Positions 24,351 to 36,878 of a stretch of DNA of 64,000 nucleotides are shown in pieces. Source of the DNA: Dicyema japonicum (lineage: Eukaryota; Animalia; Dicyemida); assembly GCA_011109175.1 (NCBI GenBank), contig RDEW01000022.1:880023-944022 (forward strand). Direction: 5' to 3'. Position 1 is the stretch's first letter; the number at the start of each line of letters is the position of its first letter. Position numbers and translations under genes: made by a program. A model generated the notes under the pieces. The model made no database searches, had not been told where the DNA came from, and saw nothing but the letters and a program-made list of their open reading frames with translations.

Positions 24351-26448
24351 TCAGATATTGTCTCCCAACGTGAATAAGGTAAATGGGGCGTCCATTGCCT
24401 CTCCATGAATGAATAAGGTATCCAATCTCATCCTTTATGCCGTCAATCATATAGTTAGAATCAGAGCCATGATAGAATGAATCGACGTCAGCAATCCAAA
24501 TAAACATTATTCGTACCTGGGGAAGGAATATCATCGTTGTATCGTGAATCTTGTAGAATTGACTCGTGGCCATTAGCCCAATGTCATTTGACCTTCTACC
24601 AAGCAGTCCAAGCTCATAATTTAAGCCTAAAATATTCGGGAACTAGGAACCAATCAAATTTGTGAAGTGACAAAGAGCACGTGCACGGAAGACTTCAAAG
24701 GGGAAGACATCGTCAGTACAGTACGCTTTCAAACCATTCGAAGTCAACTGGTCCCTAATATCCAAGGACTCAGCAATTACCGAGACTAAAATTGATTCCT
24801 CTCAAACCACTACCTTGGACCACCAAATCTGTCTTTCTCGTGTCGGAGATTCTCCTGTTCAAGGGATCGATCTCGCCGGGGTCCAAAAATTTCTTTAAAT
24901 AACAAAAAAGAAGACATGATAAAGAAGGGAGGCAACAGTGTACAAAGCTTGGGACCAAATATGAGGAATTTTTCCGACGGGATATCGGATTTGGCTGTTT
25001 GGTTGTCGATATTCCTCGCTAATCTAGAAAAAATAAAATCAGTGAAAACAGCTTCAAGCGGAACCATGTACATTTCAGGGATGACCATAGTATTATCGTG
25101 TCCCACAACCATGAGGGATTCAACCTTTTTGAAATAGTGAGTAGCCTGCGATTAGTTCTCAGCCAAACCTTTTCAAAGTCATCATTAAATATCGAATCGA
25201 TCACAAAATATATGAAAAACAGAGGCCACTCACATTCAATATTTTCGAATGCTTTCAGTTCTGAGAGCTTATAGTGAAGTCTCCCATGGTCCTGAAGTAA
25301 ATTTAGGTGGATACTTCGATAGCAGTATTATAGCCGTCTCTGATGAATCTAGAACAGCCAAATTTCCCCTAAAATTAGCAGATAATGGAGTACCTCCAAC
25401 TTTGAAGAAATTTCTTGTCGAGTCAGGTTTATGAGGTCAGGGTCATTCACGGCGAAAGCAGGGTAAGAGATTATGGAAATAAGTCCGGCGTCAACCTCCT
25501 GCAAAATTAGAAATTTATAGTAAAGGCCCACGTGGATAATAAGCATACTTAACCTTTGACAGCGATTCTCGTGGTAACATGGAAGAAAGGACTGCCTAAA
25601 TGGTTAGAATGAGGTTCAATTACTTCGCAACGACACGCTCCATCCATAATTGACAGGACCACACTTCCCTGGCTAGGATTTGAGGAAAACAGGTTCAGAT
25701 GGTGGAAGGCTTCCAGGGCAGCCTGGATTTGATGAGTAAGGAAACCTTGGCCATTCCGACCGAACTGCAGTTTAATTCCAGCATTCCGTGATTTGTCTTG
25801 TCTCCCCGTTCCCAAATTCCGTAATCCTGTGAAAATCAAAACCGCGAGAACCGGTAAACGGAAAGCGGTTTCAATATAAAATATCAAATTCTGGATGAAG
25901 AAGACTTCGTCGCAGTTAAAAATAATAAAAAATCTTAAAATTACAATTTCGGCAACCTTCAACAATCATTTTTGCTAAAGTCAAAAGAAAAAGCGAGGTA
26001 GCGTCGATCTGTAAATGTCCATATTCCCAGTCGCCAACGACGGGTAAATGGGTATCAACAGAATATTTTGCATGCAAGGCATCACCAGGGTTTTGAGAAC
26101 CTATAAAGTTGGTGACCTTCGATTTCTGGCCGCACATGCATCGGAGCAGTCCTCGCATTAATTTTACTGTTAGCTATTCGATTAGAATTCCTTTTACCCG
26201 CTCAAACTCAGAAGCGTGATATTTATGGTCGTCGTGGTCCGACTTTTTATAGGCCAAGGAAAGTGCCCAAAGACTGAGTGCAACGTAAGTGTTGTCACGG
26301 ACCCATGCGTGTCTATTTCGCGGATCACTGTGAACAAGACCAGTTATTGGACTCTATCAATAACCGATTTTTCTAGAACCTGGTTAACGAGGACAGTTTT
26401 TCTAAGTAAATCCGACAGCGAGTCCAGTATTGTATCGTCCTGCTTCAT
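24351..26448 (-). CDS. PHKA: Phosphorylase b kinase regulatory subunit alpha, N-terminal about 565 aa; 15 introns (21-28 nt, one 55 nt); C-terminal half not found
   Basis: Spliced translation gives [59 protein letters not shown] (GDKTN is alpha-type), [19 protein letters not shown] and GEIDPLNRR. Confidence 0.92.
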
Positions 26449-26574
26449 TTAAAATCCTAAGAATAAAAAATGTAAACTAACCAGAATTATAATTTTATTA
26501 TAATATTTTAAATATAATTGATTTTATTTTTTAATTTAATATTTAAAAACTATGTTTGATGAGATGATGTAGTT

Positions 26575-26635
26575 TGGAAACTGGATACACTTGATTAGTT
26601 ATTTACTTTAATTTCTTTTTCAGGTGTATCCGGGG
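26575..26635 (-). mobile_element. Solo piggyBac-like transposon end (same end type as 32438)
   Basis: ...ggtgtatccgggg followed by TTAA; reverse complement of 32438-32497. Confidence 0.65.
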
Positions 26636-28017
26636 TTAATAAATAATAATAACTCCATTTTTGCGCACATAGATGGTCGTCACTATTCCCAGAAGTGTTT
26701 CCGCTTGTGAAGTCGATGGGACGGATGTTTATATAGTTATTTTTGTGAAATGGTTACCTGACTCGGTCTTTGATTGGCTAACAATTGAGGGAAATGTCTA
26801 GAAAGCGGGAGATACAAGAGGATGCAGCCATCTAAAATTGTGTTTTTTGCATCACATGTAAGGCTATAATTATTGTTGCTTTCGTGAATGCGGTCGTTGG
26901 ATACACCCAATATATTGAAATAACAATCAGTTGTGGTCGCCCCGCGTTGGAAAAAACTTAGCAAACGAATTTTAGAAATTAAGGCTTCTGATTGCAGGCT
27001 ATACAAACTCTACTTAAGTATTCTGGTTCTTCAATCCCCTTTAAGGCCTTAGTTAGGAATACAGGAGGTAACCTATTATGAGAGGGAAGGAGATATTCAA
27101 TCATTATGAGATTATCGACACTATTTTTCAGATCGATTGAATTTTCCGTAGTTAGCTTCCCCTGCCTCACTGACATATTGGAGGCGGGCTGTCATCAAGC
27201 GTGAATCTTCAGTAGAACACACGTTCTTATGATTCATGGACTAGCTTACGTCACACTATGTCAGTTATTTTTTCATATTGTGGTTTATCCCACAAAGTAA
27301 TTTGAATTTAATTTAACCAAAAATTATCCACAAAAATATAGATATGCACTATTCACTAAAATATATAACTAAGACGACTCTTAGTGATATTCAAACTTTA
27401 AGTGGGTTCGCTGTTACTATTAGGATGTTGAAGCATAATAATACGAAAACATAGGGTTCATATTTCGTAAAGTAAGTGGGAGTACGGAAAGCTGAGTTTC
27501 TTCAAATTTGTGGCAGAGAGGATTCAAACCAAGATCACTTGGCACGTGTTTTATTAATTCTGTAACTTCATGTCGATGTACGTTGAGTCCATCAGTCTGT
27601 CAGTCGGAAGAGAAAGGGGAGCGTTACACCTAGTTTAAGAGAACAAATATATTACTTGCAATAGAGGTACATAACCACCTCAACTGACCATTGAATTGGA
27701 AAGAGGTGAGGTAGTCGATTTCAATGGAGAGAGGATAAACATAAATTTATCTCCTTCGTGGGAGAAAGATGACCAACCTTCCGACAAATTAATCACTTGG
27801 TTAACTGACCATGCCACAGGATTGAGAAAAAGAACTGATTGATTGAGGATAAAAAGCTATCTCCTTTTCGTTTCTAAAGTTCACTCATAATTATTGGACA
27901 GGACCTTATATTAACTTAAAAAATATAAAAAATAAAATTTATCAAAATTTATTTTATTTATTTTTTATTTATTAAAAATTTAAACAAATTATATTTAATA
28001 TATTTCCAATACATTTA

Positions 28018-29296
28018 ATGGGAGAAATCACTATGATTGATGAAAGTGGAGACTTTCTAAAAGAAATGAAGCTGACCACGAACAATCGTTATATAAATAT
28101 CAATTACATTGGAAAAGGATCATATGGAGTTGTTGCGTAAGCTAAAGTATTATCACAAGCTCTGCCTTGGACACAAATACCAACGATTATGTGGCAATAA
28201 AGAAGATATCCCCATTCCACGACAGAATGTTCTGCCAACGAACTCTCCGCGAAATTCAAATCTTGAAAAGACTGAAGCACGACAATGTTGTTGGCCTATA
28301 AGATTTAGATTGTCCCAATCCTGAATATCCTCAAACCGCAGACCTATGAGGAATTTAACTCCATGTAGATTCGAATAAATTATCTTCAAGCTATTTAGTG
28401 GAGAGGCTAATGGAAATCGATTTGGGCAAACTCCTAAAAGTCCACAAACTCGAATTCGAACACATTCGATATTTTCTTTATCAAATTCTATGCGGTTTGA
28501 AGTATATTCACTCGGCCAACGTGATCCACCGTGATTTGAAGCCTTCCAACCTCCTGATAAATTCCTCCTGCGATCTTAAAGTAGGGTTACTGATTTAAGT
28601 GGATTTGTGATTTCGGCCTCTCCCGTGTTGCCGGACCGAACAGAGATTACAGTGGATCCCTCACTGAATATGTCACCACCAGATGGTACAGGGCCCCTGA
28701 GATTATGCTAAATTCAAGGACTTATTCCAAGTCAGGTATTTTCAGTCTGACAATTTAGTCGATCTATGGTCTGTTGGCTGTATTTTTGCTGAAATGCTGA
28801 CTAATCAGCCACTTTTTCCGGGACATGACTGTAACCCCTCTGTTATTTTAGATCTTGACCAACTTCAACTGATCTTTAAGGTAATTGGAACTCCCGGAGA
28901 GGATGAGTTGAAATACATCAAAAATGAAATGGTCTGAGTTAAATTTACCCCCTTTAAGGCCAAAAGATATGTCCTGAGCTTAGAACCTTACGTTTGTGTA
29001 TCCTTCAAGAGATACTTCGGATTGAAGGATCGGAAGGGTACCTTTGTTTAAATTTGTAGCGATCATTATGTTAACTGAGCTACTGAATTTTAATCCGCTC
29101 GACAGAATTACTGCAGAAGACGCCCTGAACCTTCCTTTTATGTCAATGTACCGCAATGAAGAGTATGAGGTCTCTGTTATTTAAAATGGATCAGACTGTC
29201 TCTAAATCCCCATTTTTGTGTGACCCAGGTCCTGAAACGGTTAATAAGGAGTATCTCAAAAGAATGTTGTATGATGAAGCTTTAAATTTTTCTTAA
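28018..29296 (+). CDS. ERK: ERK1/2-type mitogen-activated protein kinase, 9 introns of 21-27 nt
   Basis: [61 protein letters not shown] (TEY loop). Introns 28137-59, 28287-308, 28365-90, 28581-602, 28736-58, 28831-51, 28932-58, 29038-59, 29170-94. Confidence 0.96.
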
Positions 29297-29644
29297 TTTT
29301 GACGAGCTTCAGAAACTTTATTTTATTAAATTTATGGTTTTTAATTTTTAATTTATTTTTATGCTTTTTTAATTTGGCCACGTGGTGTAATGTGGTGCCA
29401 TTTGCTACTTGATTGAACATTTGTCTTTCTTCCTTCTAGTGGCGTCATCGGATCTACTTAACTCAGGAGACCATGGCCGGTATTCAAAAGATCCTTCTCT
29501 TCATTACATTGAGAGACTATTTCACAGATTTCGGCCTCAGTTTCTTTGACATTGTCTATTGGATCACTTTTCCTTGATGAGGACTCTGCTAGAGCGCGTC
29601 AGGATCACTGGAATAGTCATTTCGGCTTTACCGTTGGCCTAGGG

Positions 29645-30664
29645 CAGTGGTTCTCAACCTTAAGGTGCTCGCGGAACCATTAAATTTATTTTATGCGGAA
29701 CCCTTACAATTTTCACCTAAAACATAATCGTAATAACCAAAAACAATTTTAACGTGAAAATTGAGGCAACTTTTTATCATAGCATAGTTGTGTAACGTTA
29801 GGAGTTATTGTTGACAACTGTATCTTCACATTAGGGAAGTTTTGGTTGATGTATATATTGAAAACTCGACTCACATAAGTAAGACGCAGGTAAAGGTAAT
29901 AGTTTACGTATAGCCCCTTCTGAGATATCAGGATGTTTTGAAATGCATGCTCTCCAAAAATTAAAAAGGGATTCATTTTATATATCTGACTTGACGTTGA
30001 TTCTGCTGTTAAAGCATTAAGATGTTCATTTTATGTTAGATTTGCAGGTATTACTTTAACTTTGAACGGATTTTAAACCAAATCGTCATCAAACTTACCC
30101 GGAAAATTTTCAATGTTAACACCAAAATTACCAAATGATCTTTGATGTCCTGAAGTACTGTATCATCCAATGCGCATTTTTATTCATCAGGATACTCTTG
30201 CAGAACGGCAATGCATTCAATGTAATTTTTAATAAGGATGAAAATCAAAATTCAATATTCTTTTTTGAACATGGCTTTATGAGATTTTCGTCAATTGTAC
30301 ATGCTTCTCCACAGCGTGCTACAAGATAACTCACCTGTTATTTTTTTTAACAATTAAACAAATGTCAGTTGAGGAAGCCTGCTGCGTGGATTGCGAACGA
30401 GTTCCGTCGGAGTATGGCTATTCCAATCTTTTGTCTTATCCATAACCCTTCTCGTTGATCCCTGTTTAATTAAAATAATTCATACTTCATAAGATGCTCT
30501 GGTCGATTTTAAGTTGTTGTCTTTCGCAAAATTTTTCATTTTCATATTCCACTTGTAGCTTATAATAAAAAACTATTTTTAAATAATTTATAATAAATTT
30601 CGGAACCCTGAAACTGGCTACGCGGAACACCTGGGGTTCCAAGGAATACAGGTTGGGAACCACT
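29645..30664 (-). mobile_element. Non-autonomous hAT (Buster-type) element
   Basis: TIRs CAGTGGTTCTCAACCT and AGGTTGGGAACCACT; 8-bp TSD-like gccTAggg/ttcTAggg; internal SYLVARCGEA..ENLIKPC remnant shared with 62990-63065. Confidence 0.85.
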
Positions 30665-31949
30665 TTCTAGGGAATAATTTCATTCAATTTAAACATTAGG
30701 TGTCAATTATATTTTTCTTGGTCTCATCCTCCCCTCAGGAAGTTAGCCCGCAAAATTTTTTTCAGGTGAATTTCCGTGTCTAAAAAACGTTCTGAAAGTA
30801 TTTTTGATGATACAAATTTGAACGCCTTCTGTATCAAAGATGAGTTGAAGTATAATGACTGGCTCAAAATATTTTGGATATTTAGTCTTTGAGGATCTTT
30901 GAGATGGATCAAATTATGGTCGCTAGGAGGATTCACTAATATGTTTGTTTGGTTGGCGTATCAGTATAATGCATGTTTCCATAATAGGAAGTGACATTCT
31001 TATCATAGTTCAACAGTTCTATCTTTCTGGTCATTCAAGTGGAGTTAATGAGCTGTAAAGAAATATCAGTGTGATTTTCTTAAAATCCAATTCCTCTCAT
31101 TATTAACTTGGTTTCGTTGTGGGCATGATTTACAGTCATGTCCAGGGAAAAATGAATAAAGGTATTTGTCTATGAAACTAGGAAAAGATTAAATTTATAA
31201 TCAAAATTATTTGACTATAAAAAATTGTGCTTATGGTTGAAGAGAGGTTCGAGATCTATTTTGCTTACCCCGGATCAAAAGGACTCAACGTGAAGTTGGG
31301 GATCTCTGGAAACAACCTGTCATGGCAAACACTTCCAATGGTTGCCAGATTTCTGCATCTAAGCAAAGTTGGGGGAACAATTTGTTAGAATCCTTCTGAA
31401 GCAGGCTGTGAGCTAATCCCCTGAGGTTGGAAAAAAATGTGGAAATTTTATTCGAGGTTTCAAAAAACGCACTAAAGTATCTGGTACATATCTTCAAAGA
31501 CGTCCATGTGTTTGTTGATTTCTTGGCGAGACTGTTTGAGAGAAGTTTGTTGGCAAGCCTTCTTATTTCATATTATTTCCCTCAACGTAATTAGCAGTGT
31601 TTACTGATCATAACTTACTTCTATCATGAATGTTACTATGACCCTTTGGATAATATTTTACTCATAAAATTCACTGATTATGTCCAGCATTTTTCTGACG
31701 TTTTTTGTGAACTTTACAATAACTCGTTCAGATTAAGTTGTATAAACATTGTTTGTGGGATTTTTAATTTAGAGACTTTGGCTGATTTATAGCTTATCAC
31801 GATGGCAAGCGACAATTATTAATATTTTTAAAGAACGCATGAGGATCAGATCGATGAACTCTGTTGAGGGTAATACAAGACAATGAATGGAATGACTTTA
31901 TATCTACTCTAAATCCTCCTGTCTTTTAGGGTATCCACTAGAGCAGGCA

Positions 31950-32390
31950 TATCACTGATTGATGTGGTCTTTTTTTGAATTATATAATAAAGAATCTGTT
32001 AGGGAAGTATTATTATTAAAAAGCACTTTCACAGAACCAAAGAACGTTATATTAACTGAGGTCCCGTTTGTGCCACACGTTACACAATCTGTTTCACTAG
32101 GCGTCTCCATCGCCCTCTGCTTTGCGCATGTCTTTAGATCTTCTAGGTCTTCTGTAGATTTAAGATTTCTTCTATTCCCATTAAGATCCTTCTGGAAGTA
32201 TGTGAGAGTCAAATATTAATGGGTGGATGGCTTTATATTGTGGGAGTGAAGTTATTAAACCGCTGGAACATTTTGACGTGAAAAGTGATTTGGATTTATT
32301 CGGAGGCCACCTTCTGAAGATCGCAGAATGGTAAGGAAAGTCGAACGGTTCTCTTTCATGCAGAACTTGCACAGAGTATTATGACCATTA
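31950..32390 (-). mobile_element. RTE-like LINE 3' fragment
   Basis: IFRRWP, TLTYFQKDL..LKSTEDLEDLK; taataata tail at about 32010. Confidence 0.6.
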
Positions 32391-32437
32391 ATGTATTTAA
32401 GAAAAATGATAATTTTATTAATTTATTTATTTATTAA

Positions 32438-32497
32438 CCCCGGATACACCGAGAAAGAAGTTAAAGTAAACAACTAATTAAGTGTATCCAGTTTCCA
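32438..32497 (+). mobile_element. piggyBac-like left end; pairs with 48213-48248
   Basis: TTAA|CCCCGGATACACCGAGAAAGAAGTTAAAGTAAACAA with an internal inverted GGATACAC repeat. Confidence 0.7.
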
Positions 32498-33299
32498 CTT
32501 CTACAGAAACAGAGTCCATCCGGAATCAACATAAAGGTAAGACGTCCATTACATGCAGTTGTGGAAACCCCTCCAGTGGAGTGGGAAAGAGCAAATGATC
32601 TTTTTTCATGCCGGCCTGGCACTGGGCGTCACCTAGACAGGTGGATCACATGACGCCACTCTATTAGGAAGAGAGAGGAGGAACAGACAAGCAAGCAGAA
32701 AAATTAAACCAATTAACCACGCAGCACCACATGGCGCCACGTGGCAAATCGAAAATGTCAATAGTGAATAATTTTATTAATTAAATGAACAGTTAATTAT
32801 TATCATATTTTAGTCGATTAGTGGTTTACACTCTCATTAATAAAGAAATATCTGTATATTGGCATAACTAAGTTGCATTTTTGACTACAAATAGATATAA
32901 TAAATATTTAAAAACTGTATTACTTAATGTGTTAGATGACATCAATTATATTAATATATGTAATAGGATTGTTAATTAATGGGAATATTACCAATGGAAC
33001 AAATTCGTACTAGGGAATTTATTCTATATTTTTCAACTCATGAAATGACCACAGTGCAATTCTTCCGAAGATCAGAGAGAATTTTAACTGGGATGAGGTT
33101 CAAGAGTAATTCAACCATTGCTAACTACTTAATAGGATCGTCTTATCTCAGTAAACACTCAATCCCAGTCGGCATTCAAAAGGATCCATATCTTAATTAC
33201 ACCGGCACTTTTTGCTCTTTGGCACAAAGTTCTGCCATCGCCCACAGCTTCCGAAAATATTCCAAGATAATTGTGTTGGATGAGGAATGACTCAAGATC

Positions 33300-35960
33300 A
33301 ACCAATAAGACTGTTAGTTTGGTATTTAAGAAATTTGATATAATTTATTAATAATACATTATTTAACGGATTACTCATTAACTTTACGGCCGATAAATAT
33401 AATTCTAAATTATAAAAAAAAAAACATTATAAATTTTTCGAAAAATTTCAGCATAATAATGGATCTCTTTCATATTGGATAGTAAACAGATTTTCTCAAT
33501 TTTCATAATAATGTTGTGGGAGATAAAGATGCCCATATATTCATGTGCTATTATAAACATAAAAAATAACCACGATTCGTTGCTAGATTAGCACATTCCC
33601 ACACAGCCAAAAGCCAAATTCGTTCATCTGTGTTCGCATTTAACAAAGTTGTTATTGAAGTGATAGATCTTAAATACAGAATATGAAATAACCTCATATT
33701 ATATAAAACATAGTAATTTCCAACAATTATTTTTTATCCACTTAACAATTTATCTAGAATAGGTTCAAGTGGATTCAAATCGCTAAAATCAGAATTCATG
33801 AATATAGGGGAAAGATCATTTGGATCACTTAATATATGGCAGATACAACATATAAAAGAATAGCATTCATCAATCGAACAGCAATCCCGTCCCTTTGCAA
33901 TAAAACAACAATTATACAATATAATATTTATTAGACCACACGACCTTACTAAATATCTGCTGTTTGAGCACATAGCCAGATTTTCAACAATTTCAATAAC
34001 GGGAAAAATTTCATGTTTGCAACTACGGGAAGATACATAATATCTTTCGAAAAAATAATAAATATAATAAATTCCATTATATTCGAGAAACAAATTCACA
34101 TTCTTTTCATTTTCCTCTAACAAAATATATTTCTAATACCTAAAAGTAATTTCAACAATATTAAAATTGGACTGTTATGAAAATCTTCTGTTTTTAAATG
34201 TTCAACACATAACTATAATTATATTTTCTTATGAATTTGACAAGTCCTTCAGAATAGCCAAGATATGCTAGAAGGTCGATACTTATGCTTTTCATGATTG
34301 TAAGAAGATTATTATTGAAAAAAAATTGATACGATTTATGAAAATTTATAATAATAATTGACAGTGCAGGAAGCTAAAATAAGAAATAATAAACAAAAAT
34401 AGAGATTTCCCATGGTTTAAGATCTCCAAAAAATTTGAGGAATCTCTATAAATTAAATACCAGATAGTGATACAGATACTGAATAGATGTCAGTTATATT
34501 TTCAAGAACAATATCAAAAATCAAGCTATGGTGAGATCTACTAATACCAACTAGTCGCATATGAAATCGGCTGTTTTCTGATGACATTGTCAATACAGTA
34601 CTTGAAATTATTAACATACATGTGACGACGGATAAACTATTTAGTAATTTAAAATACTCTGGGATCGCTACCGATTTACTCCTGTTGCGACCGAATCATC
34701 GGGAGCCGTTGGTCAATGACGGCTGAATTCTTGCAAGAACTCGGAGGATTGCTTGCCAGAAAGAAAGGGATCAACGAGAAGGGTTATGGCTAAGACAAAA
34801 GATTGGAATAGCCATACTCCGAGGGAACGTTCGCAATCCACGCAGCAGGCTTCCTCAACTGACATTTGTTTAATTGTTAAAAAAAATTTTGTTATTAAAA
34901 ATTAAAAAAAATAAAATAAAAAATACTTTTAAAAATGATTTTAGTAATTTTTCTTTAACATTGAATTTAATAGAAGTAATCCTTCGTATGACACGAATCA
35001 ATAGTTTTATTTTATTATCAAAGTGTTGTGTAGACGAGATGATTTTATTTATAATTGATTGCGGGTCATTCTATATTCTCTCATAAAACATACAGAATTG
35101 CTTATATTTTTACTGAAAATGTAAAATTTTTTTATGATGAAATTTTTTAAATCCCATTTTTTGATTCGTCTAGAATTATTAAAATAAATTACTTAGTTAA
35201 CTTTATTAGCATTTTACTTTAATATAATATCCAGATAAATTCACACAAGTAAGATTCTTGGCTTTTTTAAAAAGAGAAAAAAATTACAGTCATGTCCTCT
35301 TAATTTTCCATCACTTGTATGTGTAAAAATCTAATTTTGATAGTAGATCAACCTTAAAGACTCTAGACTGTTAATGCTTTCAGTAAATTCTTCAAAATCA
35401 GTAATTAAGACGTTGTGAAAATTTATGCGTTCCAATTTTTCAATTATTTTTAATGTACTTATAAATAGTCGTTGTGCTATCGACTCCAACGAGGTTGAAT
35501 CCTTATTTTTCAAATCCAGTCATAAATAGCTGGTGTAGCAAATCTGGGTCGTCATAACGCAGTAGTGTGAATGATTTGACCTCATTCGGGGAAAATGGAA
35601 GAAAAGGATTCTTTTCTGATGAAACATCCTTCTTATTTGTGATATTTGATAAATTTGGATAAACCCGATCATATTAACAACTTTCTTTATGTCTATTTTT
35701 TAATAGTCAATTCAAGGCAAAAAATGTTTTTTTTACTACATCCGTAATCTTATATAAACATGCATCTTTAAAAGATAGATCTTTCTCAAGACGTGTATTC
35801 AAAATATTTCAATCATTAAGGATTCTTTTTGAAAACATTTTTTTAGACTTGTCGTTTAGTTTTGTATATTTTTTTTCTTCAAAGCTTTTTCGAATATTAT
35901 TAATGCATAATGAATATATATGAAGGTACTTCCATTTTATAACTTGAATATATTTTGATG
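33300..35960 (-). pseudogene. Decayed AT-rich, apparently intronless coding-like region, possibly leucine-rich-repeat type
   Basis: Co-oriented ORF fragments 33734-34123 and 35331-35513 (LERINFHNVLI..LESLRLIYY) among many stops; no confident family. Confidence 0.3.
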
Positions 35961-36287
35961 ACCTTAATATAAATTTTATTTATTTTTTATTTAAATTTAA
36001 TAAATTTTTATTATATTTATGAAATAAATAATCTTAAACACCATTGACTCATGTTACACAAGGAAGCGATGGTAAGAAATGGCCAGTCTTCCTACGTATG
36101 TGCAAGGATCTAGGAACCCAATTCAGCGAGAGCGTGGCTCATGTATAGAATTCAGATCGGAATTAAAAAAAGTGCACGCAGATATAATTCCAATCAAGAA
36201 GTGAAAGAAGACACTTCAGTAATGCTGTCGCTCACTGGCAGCATATTCGAAGAGAAATCGAGAGATATTGGAGGCTGAGATCACTTA

Positions 36288-36878
36288 CAGGGTTTCCACA
36301 TTATACTAGACATTTTTCCACATCAAGTAAGTCGTTTCTATTTTAATTGACTCGTGTCCAAATCAATTAAGTCGTTGTCCACTTCAAACAAGTCACCTTC
36401 AACTTCAAATAAAAACTCACTATATTTTTTGGCCGTGGTCCTCTCTTTCATTCAGTTTAAGTACCGAATCTAGCGAATCTATATGGTCAGAAGGTGTAAT
36501 AGTGAATTGGACATTTCCAATGAACCAAGGTATGTAATCGCCTCAAATTATGACGATGAGCGATCTATCACTACAATTGGGAATATTTTAGGAATTCATC
36601 GGACATCAATGAGCAATGTAATTCGCACATACTTACGCAAGGTTTTCAAAAGTGAATTCAGAAATTAAAACCTGAGATCACTTTGAAAAGTTTATCTGAC
36701 AAAATTTTACAAGTTTTTAATTTGCGACTTTTCCAAATCGACTGTTGACTATTATTTGAAAAATCTACATTATACCTTTAAAAGAGTCAAACTTGTCACA
36801 CAAAAAAAGTCTTACTCCTGAAAAACTCGAATGAAGGTAGTATTCGCAAAGGAGTGTCAGGATATGCTTACTGATATA
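36288..36878 (+). mobile_element. Tc1-like transposon 5' remnant interrupted by a Tigger element
   Basis: HTH-like ITTIGNILGIHRTSMSNVIRTY; PEITLKSL..SKSTVDYYLKNLHYTFKR. Confidence 0.65.

Noticed and set aside
28018-29296. Alternative genetic code (stop-codon reassignment) to explain fragmented ORFs
   Set aside because: In-frame stops in the host genes fall within removable micro-introns; spliced exons read in the standard code and end in TAA or TGA
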